A stretch of 64,000 nucleotides of DNA, from NCBI GenBank assembly GCA_022703055.1, contig JAKLEP010000003.1, positions 214,238 to 278,237 on the forward strand, in the 5' to 3' direction. This document shows, piece after piece, positions 29,631 through 39,100 of the stretch. The notes under the pieces are model-generated. The model had not been told where the DNA came from and did not search any database. It was given only the letters and a program-made list of their open reading frames with translations. How positions within the stretch are numbered: the first letter of the stretch is position 1; every line of letters begins with the position of its first letter. The DNA is from Candidatus Omnitrophota bacterium. GTDB taxonomy: Bacteria > Omnitrophota > Gorgyraeia > VGKH01. Both the position numbers and the translations under genes were made by a program.

Positions 29631-30410
29631 CTAAACCACGTCCTTTATGGCATTGACTAGCTTTTCAACTGCTTCCGGAGTTTCGCCCTGGAAAATCTGG
29701 CCGCCCGCACGCTTTGGAGGAGTAAAAATCTTTACCACTTGCGTAGGCGAACCTTTGAGCCCGATCTTATCGTTATCAACATCTAGCTCGTTTTTGGTCC
29801 AGGTGATGATTTCTGCTTTTTTGGCGCGCATCATTCCTTTTAACGACGGAAGCCTAGGAGTATTAATTTCCTTGACGACGGTAAACAATGCAGGAAGCGG
29901 AGTCTCGATTATATCATAACCTTCTTCGGTCATGCTTTCGACTATGGCTTTATTATCCTTTATATCCTCGACCTTTTTAACGTAGGCAACTTGAGGGATA
30001 TTTAGCCAAACGGCAATCCCCGGGCCAACCTGAGCTGTGTCGCCATCAGAAGCCTGTTTGCCGCAGATAACCAAATCGTATTGCCCTATTTTTTTGATGG
30101 CTGACGCCAGGGTATAACTAGTTGCCCAAGTATCCGAACCGGCAAATGCTCTATCGGACAATAAGATTGCCTCATCGACACCTAAAGATATGGCTTCTCG
30201 CAATGCCTCCTGCGCCTGAGGAGGCCCCATTGTAATAACGGTTGTTTTGCCGCCAAACTTTTCCTTAAGAAGCACTGCCTCTTCAATGGCATACATATCA
30301 AAAGGATTGATGATAGACTTTACCCCTTCCCGGATAAGGGTGTTGGTTTCGGGGTTAATCTTAACATCCGTAGTTTCAGGAACCTGTTTTATGCAAACTA
30401 TAATATTCAT
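29631..30410 (-). CDS. etfB: electron transfer flavoprotein beta subunit
   Basis: 259 aa; MNIIVCIKQVPE start, EtfB/FixA family blocks (NP.D..A.EEA, GKQA.DGDTAQVG). Confidence 0.85.
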   Translation of the reverse strand: MNIIVCIKQVPETTDVKINPETNTLIREGVKSIINPFDMYAIEEAVLLKEKFGGKTTVITMGPPQAQEALREAISLGVDEAILLSDRAFAGSDTWATSYTLASAIKKIGQYDLVICGKQASDGDTAQVGPGIAVWLNIPQVAYVKKVEDIKDNKAIVESMTEEGYDIIETPLPALFTVVKEINTPRLPSLKGMMRAKKAEIITWTKNELDVDNDKIGLKGSPTQVVKIFTPPKRAGGQIFQGETPEAVEKLVNAIKDVV

Positions 30411-30420
30411 AATAGGGGAT

Positions 30421-30449
30421 ATTTTAACTGAAGAATGTTTTCAAGTCAA
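30421..30449 (-). promoter_or_regulatory. candidate promoter of etfBA
   Basis: Minus strand TTGACT (30449-30444), 17-nt spacer, TAAAAT (30426-30421); only 10 nt to the etfB ATG, no SD. Confidence 0.35.
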
Positions 30450-30461
30450 GGCAAAATAAAT

Positions 30462-30488
30462 GGCGCCCCGACAGCATGTCGGGGCGCC
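30462..30488 (-). terminator. rho-independent terminator after the Met-rich protein gene
   Basis: GGCGCCCCGAC-agcat-GTCGGGGCGCC, 11-bp GC-rich stem, followed on the minus strand by ATTTATTTT. Confidence 0.55.
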
Positions 30489-30518
30489 TCAAAACATCTT
30501 AAGAAAATCTCTATAACT

Positions 30519-30977
30519 CTACTTACCCATTCTTCCCATACCAGACATTGACTTTTGCATTCCTTCACCAGAGCTCTGCATCATCTTACTAGATTTAGTC
30601 TTTTGCATCATCTGCATTTCTTGGGCCTGCTGCATTTCCTGGGTCTCTATCTGTTCTCTTTCCCTGTTTCTTATTCTGCTTACTTCCTGAGACTGGTTTT
30701 CGCTATTCTGCTTTATACCTTCCACCTGTTTTTCCGATTGCTTGCGGATGCGCTCGGCTTCTCTTTTGGCCTTGCGTTCAGCGATAATCTTTTCTTTTTC
30801 TTCTTTATTTTTCCCTAATGTAGCAAACCAATCCCCAACGCGATTAAATACTGCCTGATCGCTTGCATGTTTATAAGCCTGTTCGCTTGCACCCTTTTCT
30901 GTGCCTTTCGCCGCAAAAGAAACCGAAGGAATCAAAACCAAAGAAAGCATAATTAAAATAAGAATTATTTTCTTCAA
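30519..30977 (-). CDS. secreted hypothetical protein with Lys/Glu-rich centre and Met/Gln-rich C-terminus
   Basis: 152 aa; signal peptide MKKIILILIMLSLVLIPSVSFA|A; tail EMQQAQEMQMMQKTKSSKMMQSSGEGMQKSMSGMGRMGK. Confidence 0.5.
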   Translation of the reverse strand: MKKIILILIMLSLVLIPSVSFAAKGTEKGASEQAYKHASDQAVFNRVGDWFATLGKNKEEKEKIIAERKAKREAERIRKQSEKQVEGIKQNSENQSQEVSRIRNREREQIETQEMQQAQEMQMMQKTKSSKMMQSSGEGMQKSMSGMGRMGK

Positions 30978-30994
30978 GAAAACCTCCTTTTAAC

Positions 30995-31339
30995 TTATTG
31001 GATAACCTTAATACTATTTTTTACCCTGTCTACCGCCTTTTGCGCCTCAGCAGCCAAAGCCTCTTTAGCTTTAGTGATTAAATTTTTTGCTGTCATTGAT
31101 TCTTTATCTAGATTTCTCAAAACATATTGTGCTGCATCGATAGCATTCTGAAAATCCTTGGAGTTATAGAAAGCTTGCGCCTGGGCGAGCAAATAATCGG
31201 TCTTCTCTTTTACTGTTTTCATTGCTTCAGCTACCTTAATCGCATCTAGGCTCGAAGCCTCTTTTTTGGGGCCGCAGCCGACAACCGCTACGCTAAACAA
31301 AAAAACTAAAGAAATTACTATTGCCGTAAACCTGTTCAT
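30995..31339 (-). CDS. hypothetical lipoprotein
   Basis: Start taken at ATG 31339 (MNRFTAIVISLVFLFSVAVVG|C lipobox); helical, Ala/Lys-rich mature part. Confidence 0.5.
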   Translation of the reverse strand: MNRFTAIVISLVFLFSVAVVGCGPKKEASSLDAIKVAEAMKTVKEKTDYLLAQAQAFYNSKDFQNAIDAAQYVLRNLDKESMTAKNLITKAKEALAAEAQKAVDRVKNSIKVIQ

Positions 31340-31360
31340 GCTATCACCTCCCGACATTTA

Positions 31361-32146
31361 TTAAACAATCAGACAAACTAATGATGTACCCTCAATATAT
31401 CTTAACCCCTTAAAATCCAAAGTCAACAAAAACAACTCATTCAATGCCTCTGTCACTCCCGGCCATCCCGGAGACTCATAGTCATGCCACAAAATTATAC
31501 CTTTACCGTGTTTTAGCAATTTAATAGCTGTTTTAGAATCATTCAATACATATTCGTAAGAATGCGAACCATCTATAAACACTAAATCAATACTATTATA
31601 ATAAGAGGAAAAATCGAAAGTCGCTGAATCTCCGTATAGCTGAATAATCTTTCTTTGACAATCAGCTCCAAGGAATTTTGAGCCGATGGCATCTTTGTCT
31701 ATAAACTTTTTGTCTCCCGATGTCAAAGGCAGCTTTGTAGACTCAATCTTTTCTCTTGGTAAATCCAAAGTGTAAACTTTTGCATCATCAAGACTGTTAG
31801 CGGCTATATTTAAAGTAGTTCTACCATTAAAAGTCCCTATCTCAAAAATCACTTTAGGGCTGTATCGCTTAACTATTTTGGCTACAAACGCAAGCTCACC
31901 GGTAGATACATTGCCATCGGTTACGGTAAGTTCCCGCAACTGAATATATTCCTGCTCAGATACTAACTCAGACTGTTTTATTTTGGGGATAGCTACCATA
32001 ACTTTCTGCCCAAAACCAAAATAATCGCAAATATAAGATAAAAGAACTCGGCACTTATTGGAAAAAATTCCAATTGTAAATACATATACGCAACTAATCA
32101 AAGCGATAATGTATCGTCTTAAAAATCCGATTATTCTTTTTACCAT
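31361..32146 (-). CDS. class I SAM-dependent methyltransferase (Methyltransf_24 / O-methyltransferase-like)
   Basis: 261 aa; FEIGTFNGRTT (motif I), VFIDGSHSYEYV and ILWHDY blocks; hydrophobic N-terminus; start uncertain. Confidence 0.6.
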   Translation of the reverse strand: MVKRIIGFLRRYIIALISCVYVFTIGIFSNKCRVLLSYICDYFGFGQKVMVAIPKIKQSELVSEQEYIQLRELTVTDGNVSTGELAFVAKIVKRYSPKVIFEIGTFNGRTTLNIAANSLDDAKVYTLDLPREKIESTKLPLTSGDKKFIDKDAIGSKFLGADCQRKIIQLYGDSATFDFSSYYNSIDLVFIDGSHSYEYVLNDSKTAIKLLKHGKGIILWHDYESPGWPGVTEALNELFLLTLDFKGLRYIEGTSLVCLIV

Positions 32147-32148
32147 AT

Positions 32149-33810
32149 CTACACGCTATTCTTGTCTTGCAATAAAAACTTATCCTTATTCTGATACAGA
32201 TACTGCAAAACCTCAAGTTCCTGTTTATCAAACCAAATGCCGCTGCAGGAAGGACAACGATCAATTTCTACCGGATAGGAATAAACAAAGAACTGTCGAT
32301 GCATTTTCTTGCGGCACTTAGGACAATCAAGTATCCAATCGTCCGATGTGCCAGGTTTTGAAAAACTGTTGTATCTTAATTTTGTTTTATATACGCTGCT
32401 GGCCAAATCGACTATTTCTTGCGAGAACTCTTTGTCTTCCCTGATAAAGATACGGGAAATTCCGGAATAATCAACAAAAGAGCCTGCACAAAAATCGCAT
32501 TTTAATATAGGAACTCCCTCGTAATTAAGCTCATTTAAATTCGTATGGCAATGCGGACAGGGATAGCTATCTTCCTTGTCCTCTATGGTCGCGCCGAAGA
32601 CTTTATTAACCTCATCGTCATTAAAAGCTTCAAACACCGAATCCTGGCCTTCTATCTTTATCCAATCGGTAGGCGAAAAACCCTTTAGCACTCTTAATTC
32701 ATCAAGCAAAAAAGGACCCTGCCACTCGTCTTGCTTGAATACGAACCAGCGTTTTTTATCCGAAGACACGCCTTCTTTAAATTCGGCTTTGGCGATCGGA
32801 GAAACTCTAATCATATTTTTTATATTCTCATCTAGCGTTTTTTCATCAAGATGGGCCATATCCAAAAGTATGTTTACACGCTTATCTATGGGAGGATGCG
32901 TAGCAAATAAATCTGCCGCCAACCCCTCTTGTTCTTCTATCGACCGAACATTAGGGCTAACTATAAATATCGACTCGATATTCTCACCATTTATTCCTGA
33001 GCCGTGCCATTTCTGAGAAATTAATCTAAGCGCCTCCGCCAATGCAAGAGGATTCCGGGTAAGCCTAACAGAAACTGCATCAGCGCGATATTCACGCTGC
33101 CGGGAAATAAATGTATTCAATAATTGATTAAGAAAATTCATGATAGTTAAAACAATAAAGATCAACAAAATTAGAACTCCACCTTTCCCGCGCAATCTAA
33201 ATTCTCTTGTCCCTTGCCCCAGCCTTGAGACCGTCTCTTTATAAATTTCTGACAAAGAACATATTACGGTCGCGTTAAAACTATCGCCGCTTACAATATG
33301 TCCTGCTTCATGACCGACAACCGCTTCGATCTGAGAACGGTTTAAGCGCGCCAATAGTCCTTCAGTAACACCGATAACAGCATTGTCTTGAAAATCTACC
33401 AAGGAATACGCGTTTAGCGCCGAAGTAGGTATAACATAAGGTTCGATATGCCTTCCTCCGATAGCGATTGAAACCTCATCGACAATATTTTTCAAATATT
33501 GGTGGTAGTTATCTTTGGGGTCTACAGGGCTGGCATCAATTGACGCAGAAATCTTATCTATAAGATTACTTGTGGAAACGCTCCAATGCAACAAACCAAT
33601 AAGAAAAGCTACGGCAAGTGCGATCAAAGTGTGGCTTAATGGCGGGAAGGTAAAAATAAATTCGTTTCCGAAGGCGGAAGCAAAAAAGAAATTACGGACA
33701 ATTAACAGCAACAACCAAACGGTCAAAAAATAGAAGAAAATCAGAAACAAGAAAACAAATAAGATTAAACGACTCTTTTTCTGCTCAATTTCAATAAAAG
33801 AAAAAGGCAT
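32149..33810 (-). CDS. M48-family (HtpX-like) zinc metalloprotease fused to GYF_2 and two zinc-ribbon domains
   Basis: 553 aa; TM pairs flank the HEAGH zinc motif (VVGHEAGHIVSGD) and ATHPPIDKRV. Then RWFVFKQDEWQGPF.LDEL (GYF_2-like). Then CPHC..(16 aa)..CDFC and CPKC...(18 aa)..CPSCSGIWFDKQELE (zf-TFIIB-type ribbon). Confidence 0.8.
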   Translation of the reverse strand: MPFSFIEIEQKKSRLILFVFLFLIFFYFLTVWLLLLIVRNFFFASAFGNEFIFTFPPLSHTLIALAVAFLIGLLHWSVSTSNLIDKISASIDASPVDPKDNYHQYLKNIVDEVSIAIGGRHIEPYVIPTSALNAYSLVDFQDNAVIGVTEGLLARLNRSQIEAVVGHEAGHIVSGDSFNATVICSLSEIYKETVSRLGQGTREFRLRGKGGVLILLIFIVLTIMNFLNQLLNTFISRQREYRADAVSVRLTRNPLALAEALRLISQKWHGSGINGENIESIFIVSPNVRSIEEQEGLAADLFATHPPIDKRVNILLDMAHLDEKTLDENIKNMIRVSPIAKAEFKEGVSSDKKRWFVFKQDEWQGPFLLDELRVLKGFSPTDWIKIEGQDSVFEAFNDDEVNKVFGATIEDKEDSYPCPHCHTNLNELNYEGVPILKCDFCAGSFVDYSGISRIFIREDKEFSQEIVDLASSVYKTKLRYNSFSKPGTSDDWILDCPKCRKKMHRQFFVYSYPVEIDRCPSCSGIWFDKQELEVLQYLYQNKDKFLLQDKNSV

Positions 33811-33834
33811 TTTTAGGCCAGCTTTTGTTAACGG

Positions 33835-34395
33835 TTAGAATTTAACCTGGGGCGATTGTCTCTCTGCTTTATCTTCGATTTCGAAAAAATCCTGAGTAGA
33901 GAATTTAAACATCTTAGCCACTATATTATCAGGAGCGACCTGAATACGAGTGTTAAAACGCATTACTTCATCATTATAGTACTGCCTGGAGAAGGCAATC
34001 TTATTCTCAGTGGAAGTAAGCTCATCTTGCAATTTCAACATGGTCTGATTGGCCTTAAGATCGGGATATCTTTCTACTACAGCAAACAGAGAACGGAGGG
34101 TTTGAGTAAGAAAATTCTCGGCTTGGGCTTTATCCTTTATGCTTGAGGCATCTATGGCTTGAGTCCTAGCCTTGATCACGCGTTCTAAGGTATCCTTCTC
34201 ATAATTCATATAGCCTTTGACTGTCTCCACTAAATTGGGGATTAAATCGTGCCTTCTCTTCAATTGGACGTCTATCTGGGACCAAGCATTCTTTACCCTT
34301 ACGCTTAACTGAATCAAAGAATTATAAACCATAAATACCCAACCCACGATAAAAACCAAAACAACCAAAAGAATCAATCCGATAATCATAAACAC
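33835..34395 (-). CDS. lemA: LemA family protein
   Basis: 186 aa; single N-terminal TM then LemA blocks (YN.L......V.NAWSQIDVQLKRR.DLIPNLVETVKGY, ERYP.LKAN, YYN). Confidence 0.85.
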   Translation of the reverse strand: MFMIIGLILLVVLVFIVGWVFMVYNSLIQLSVRVKNAWSQIDVQLKRRHDLIPNLVETVKGYMNYEKDTLERVIKARTQAIDASSIKDKAQAENFLTQTLRSLFAVVERYPDLKANQTMLKLQDELTSTENKIAFSRQYYNDEVMRFNTRIQVAPDNIVAKMFKFSTQDFFEIEDKAERQSPQVKF

Positions 34396-34412
34396 CCCCT
34401 TATATCAAAAGC

Positions 34413-35567
34413 TTATTTTGCAATCTGCTCTTTTAATACGTGATTGGCAATAATATTGCGCTGAATCTGATTTGTCCCTTCGTAAATCTGGGTGATCTTG
34501 GCATCGCGCATGTATTTTTCGACCGGATAATCCTTCATATAACCATAGCCGCCGAGTATCTGAACGGCGTCAGTGGTAACTCTCATCGCCACATCCGAAG
34601 CAAATAACTTGGCCATGGCTGATTCCTTACCCACTTTAGTATTACCACTGTCAACCATACGGGCAACTGAATAAACCAAAGCTCTGGCAGCTTCAACCTG
34701 AGTAGCCATGTCTGCAATCATCCACTGAATCCCCTGGAATGTAGAAATAGACTTTTCGAATTGCTCGCGCTCTTTGGAATATTTTACAGCATGATCTAAC
34801 GCGCCCTGGGCGATTCCTACTGCCTGGGCAGCGACTCCCGGACGAGACATATCAAAGGTTTTCATCGTGACGATAAAACCCATGCCTTCTTTGGCCAATA
34901 AATTCTCTTTGGGGATTTTACAATCAGTAAAGACTAATTCACGGGTAGATGATGCCCTGATGCCCATCTTGTCTTCCTTTTTTCCAAAAGTAAAACCCGG
35001 CGTGCCTTTCTCTACGATAAAGGCCGATGCGCCGCGGGCGCCTTTGGTTTTATCAGTCATGGCGATGACTGTATATACCTCAGCATCTCCACCGTTAGTG
35101 ATAAAATGCTTAGTTCCATTTAATACATAATGGTCGCCGACTTTTTTAGCAGTGGTTTGAATCGCACTGGCATCGGAACCGGCTGCCGGTTCTGTTAATC
35201 CAAAAGCAGCAATCTTCTTGCCTTTTGCCAAATCAGGTAAGTATTTTTTCTTCTGTTCTTCAGTACCGAATAACAATATAGGAAATGTACCCAAAGCGCT
35301 GGCTGCATAGCAAACTGCAATACCTCCGCAGGCCTTCGACAACTCTTCAGTGGCAATGCATAGGCTTAACACCGAAGTGCCCATACCGCCGTATTCTTCG
35401 GGCACAAAGATACCGAAAAGATCAGATTTCGCCAACTCCTTGATTATATCTGCGGGAAACTCATCCAGCTTGTCATACTCGGCAGCCTTGGGACGTATTT
35501 TTTCGTCGGCAATCTGACGGCTTAAATCCCGTATCATCTTTTGCTCTTCAGTCAGTAAATAATCCAT
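34413..35567 (-). CDS. acyl-CoA dehydrogenase (short-chain/butyryl-CoA type)
   Basis: 384 aa; ACAD blocks (GLTEP.AGSD, QILGGYGY, catalytic YEGT.QIQ). Confidence 0.85.
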   Translation of the reverse strand: MDYLLTEEQKMIRDLSRQIADEKIRPKAAEYDKLDEFPADIIKELAKSDLFGIFVPEEYGGMGTSVLSLCIATEELSKACGGIAVCYAASALGTFPILLFGTEEQKKKYLPDLAKGKKIAAFGLTEPAAGSDASAIQTTAKKVGDHYVLNGTKHFITNGGDAEVYTVIAMTDKTKGARGASAFIVEKGTPGFTFGKKEDKMGIRASSTRELVFTDCKIPKENLLAKEGMGFIVTMKTFDMSRPGVAAQAVGIAQGALDHAVKYSKEREQFEKSISTFQGIQWMIADMATQVEAARALVYSVARMVDSGNTKVGKESAMAKLFASDVAMRVTTDAVQILGGYGYMKDYPVEKYMRDAKITQIYEGTNQIQRNIIANHVLKEQIAK

Positions 35568-35595
35568 TCATCCTCCTCATGTTGGTTAAATCAAT

Positions 35596-36069
35596 TTATT
35601 CAATATTCTTTGCAAGCGCGACTTCTTCGCAGTTGGGAAACTTAGGGCAATTGCAACATTCAGCCCAAATCTTATGCGGGAATTCTTTTTTATCCACAAC
35701 TTTAAATCCAAGCTTCTTAAAAAAATCGGGAACAAATGATAGCGCGAACACTTTCTTTATCCCAAGTTTTTTTGCCTCTTCAATGCATGAATCAACCAAC
35801 TTCCTTCCGATTCCCTTTTTGTGGTTTGCGGCTTCAACGGCCAGAGATTTTATCTCGCCCAAATCATCCCAGCCGACCACATGTAATGCTACCGCACCTA
35901 TCACCCTGCTATTATCAAGGTAAACCCAAAAATCGCGGATATTTTCATAAATCTCATTTAATGAACGAGGCAGCATCATATCTTTTTCCGCGTATAAATT
36001 TATAAGCTTGTGTATTTCCTTAGCGTTATCTAATTTTGCCTTAACAATCATACCTATCTCCGTGTTCAT
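35596..36069 (-). CDS. GNAT N-acetyltransferase with Cys-rich C-terminal tail
   Basis: 157 aa; acetyl-CoA motif A (HKKGIGRKLV); C-terminus WAECCNCPKFPNCEE. Resembles short ArgA-like GNATs, substrate unknown. Confidence 0.65.
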   Translation of the reverse strand: MNTEIGMIVKAKLDNAKEIHKLINLYAEKDMMLPRSLNEIYENIRDFWVYLDNSRVIGAVALHVVGWDDLGEIKSLAVEAANHKKGIGRKLVDSCIEEAKKLGIKKVFALSFVPDFFKKLGFKVVDKKEFPHKIWAECCNCPKFPNCEEVALAKNIE

Positions 36070-36099
36070 TAATTATTATAAAAAGGATGACGGAAAGAT

Positions 36100-36128
36100 A
36101 TATTACCATAAATAGCAATGATTGGCAA
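36100..36128 (-). promoter_or_regulatory. candidate promoter upstream of the GNAT gene
   Basis: Minus strand TTGCCA (36128-36123), 17-nt spacer, TAATAT (36105-36100) with upstream TGg. Confidence 0.3.
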
Positions 36129-36174
36129 GAAAACTCTGGCGATTTAGAAGATATTAATGTAGGTTTAGAGAGGA

Positions 36175-39100
36175 TTAGGAAAGCGCCAAGAACACATCGA
36201 CTATTTTGGGATCGAATTGGGTGCCGGCTCCGGCTTTAATCAATTTTGTTGCCTGCGCTTTGCTAAAAGCTGGCCGATACGGACGGTCGGAAATCAACGC
36301 ATGATATACATCTGAGATGGCGACAATGCGGGCGCCTATAGGTATCTCCTCGCCCTTCAGGCCAAAAGGATACCCTTTCCCGTCCCAGCGTTCGTGGTGG
36401 TAAAGAATTGAAGGGATAATATCCTGAAGGAACTGGATTGGCCTCAAGATATCAGCAGCAATCATAGGGTGTTTCTTAATTTCTTCAAATTCGGACTTGG
36501 AAAGCTTGGTTTTCTTAAGCAGAATTTTATCGCTTACTCCGATTTTACCTAAATCATGGAGTTGGGCGGCCTGCTTCACCTGCTCAATCTTGTTTTCAGG
36601 CAGGCCTAATTTTTTAGCTAATTCGCCGGCAAAATAAACAGTATTTTCTACATGTTCACCGGTATAATTATCCTTCAATTTGATGGTTTTTGCGAAAGCA
36701 AAGATAGATTCTATCAAACTCTGGTTAGCCCTCTTGGTCAGCTTATCGAGTTTTTCTTGGAGGAACTGAATATTGTTATGACCATTAGTGGTTTGCATAA
36801 GCTCCATCTTACTCTTTTTAGTATCTTCAAAACAATAAACCCTGTCTCCTCCATCCTCTTTGGCCTTATTTAAGACCTTATCGGCCATATTCACTAAATC
36901 CATCCCGCTATTTACATTATCTTCCGGAAAAGATGATACGGCTATGCTAAGCTTTAGTTTGACGCTGTGCTCGTCATTACCGAAGCTCTTGAGATATACG
37001 CTATTCAATATCCTCTGTGATAAAACCAAGGCCGTTTCTCTATCTATGCCAGGAGAAATAATGACGAACTCCTCTCCTCCGAATCTAACTAAGATATCAT
37101 ACTGACGCACGATCTGCTTAAGATGCCTGGCAAATTGTTTAAGGATCAAATCTCCGAATTGATGGCCATAAACATCATTAACCGATTTAAAATAATCTAA
37201 ATCAAGCATGATGTACGATAAAGAAAAACCGTATCTTTTGGCGCGGTTGAATTCCGACTCAATTATCTCAACGAGGTAACGATGATTAAAAAGGCCTGTG
37301 TGTGAATCTCTAAGCGAGAGCTGTTTAAATCTTCGGCTCGTCTGCAAAAGGCGCTTATTTACGACTTCCAATTTCTGCTCGGCGCGTTTTCGCTCGATAA
37401 CGTTACCGATTAACGAACAAAATACCGCTAGAGTGTCTTGCTTCATGGGATCAAGCACAGAACCGCTAATAGCGGAATCATTTACAAAGACTCCGATTGG
37501 CCTATGAGCTGACTGGATAGGAGTTACTGCTATCCAGCCTTCCCCTATCTTAACCGAACTTCTTCCGTCCCATTCTAACTGAGGCTCTCTTACAACAAAC
37601 CAGTTGGGATCGCGGGCATCAAGCATCTTGAGGCGTCTTTTCCAAACCTCATTCTTCTCAAATTTAAGCGAGCGCTCATCGGTGGTACGCCCGTACCTAT
37701 CGGTTCCGTAGATACCGCGCACTGACCCATTTTCTTCAATGAATATGGCGCAGCGCTCTAAACCAAATCTCTCTCTGGCAAATTCAATGGCTCGCTTAAA
37801 AACCGTATCAATATCCGGACAGGCTATTAGCTTGTCTGCGGCTTCCAATACCGCCCGCAATCCCGTAGTAACTGAACTCTGCTGTCTTTCAACCCTTTTT
37901 CTCTCTGTGATGTCAACACCGGTAAAAAGAACACCTTCGGCTTCTCCTGTCTCTGAAAAAATAAATTGCTGTCCTTGAGAAAATAATATAGCGTGTACTG
38001 ATTTATCTTTAGCGTAAATGTTAATCTCTACTTCCGGAGATTCCTCGCCAGCCATAATATTAGTAATATTCTCAATGACCTTCTTCCTATCCTCCGGCAC
38101 AACAAAATCTAAACAATTCCTACCGAGAATTTCCTCTCCGGAATACCCTAACACTTCTAGCGAGCATTCATTAATATCTTTCAATTTATAGTCTTTATCC
38201 ATCACTATTGCAAAAATCCTGCTTTTTTCAAAAATGAACCTGTATTTCTCCTCAGATATTTTTAATTCTTTACTTTTTTGCTTTTGATCAGTAATGTTTG
38301 TATGGACAGAAACCGCTACTTTGCCATATTTAGGATGCTCAAATACTGAAACGCTGGCAAACCCCCAAAAAGAGGTACCATCCTTTTTAATATTACATAT
38401 CTCACCTTTCCATAAGCCATCCTTCTCTAAAGCAACAGTTATCTCCTTTGCAAAGTCTCCAGCATTCTTACCATAAGAAGCATTTAAAATAGAAGCGTGC
38501 TTGCCAATCAATTCTCCTTGAACATACCCAAACATTTCATCAAATTTATTGTTTGTATAAAGAATTGAGCCATCTTTCAAACTAATCAAATTAACACCTT
38601 CCGACATATTTCTCGCTATCTCACTAAGAAATCTTAATTCTTGATCGATCTGTTTGCGGCTGGTGATATCCCGTATTGCAGTGAGAACCTGGATTACCTC
38701 ATCACCCTCAAATACAGGAATTTTTCTGGTTTCAGTTGTTATCTCTTCATCCCCTATTTTTGTAGTTTCTTCTGTTTGGAGGATTTGACCAGTTTCGATA
38801 ACCTTCTTATATTCCTCGCGAACTTTTTCATCTAGGAATGGAAATACTTCAAACACGTTTTTGCCGATAACATCTATCTGAAGACCTAGGCCTTTATTCC
38901 ATTTACGAAAAACAGGATTAAAAACTACAAGACGCAAGTCTTTATCTACCACATGGATAGCGTCTGACATAGAATCAATAATATTGCGGTATTGTTGCTC
39001 GGATTTACCAAGAGCTTCTTGTAGTTGTTTCTGTCCGGTAATATCGCGCGCAGTTGCAATAAGCCCCAATGGATTATCTTTTTCATCCTTAAGCAACGTT

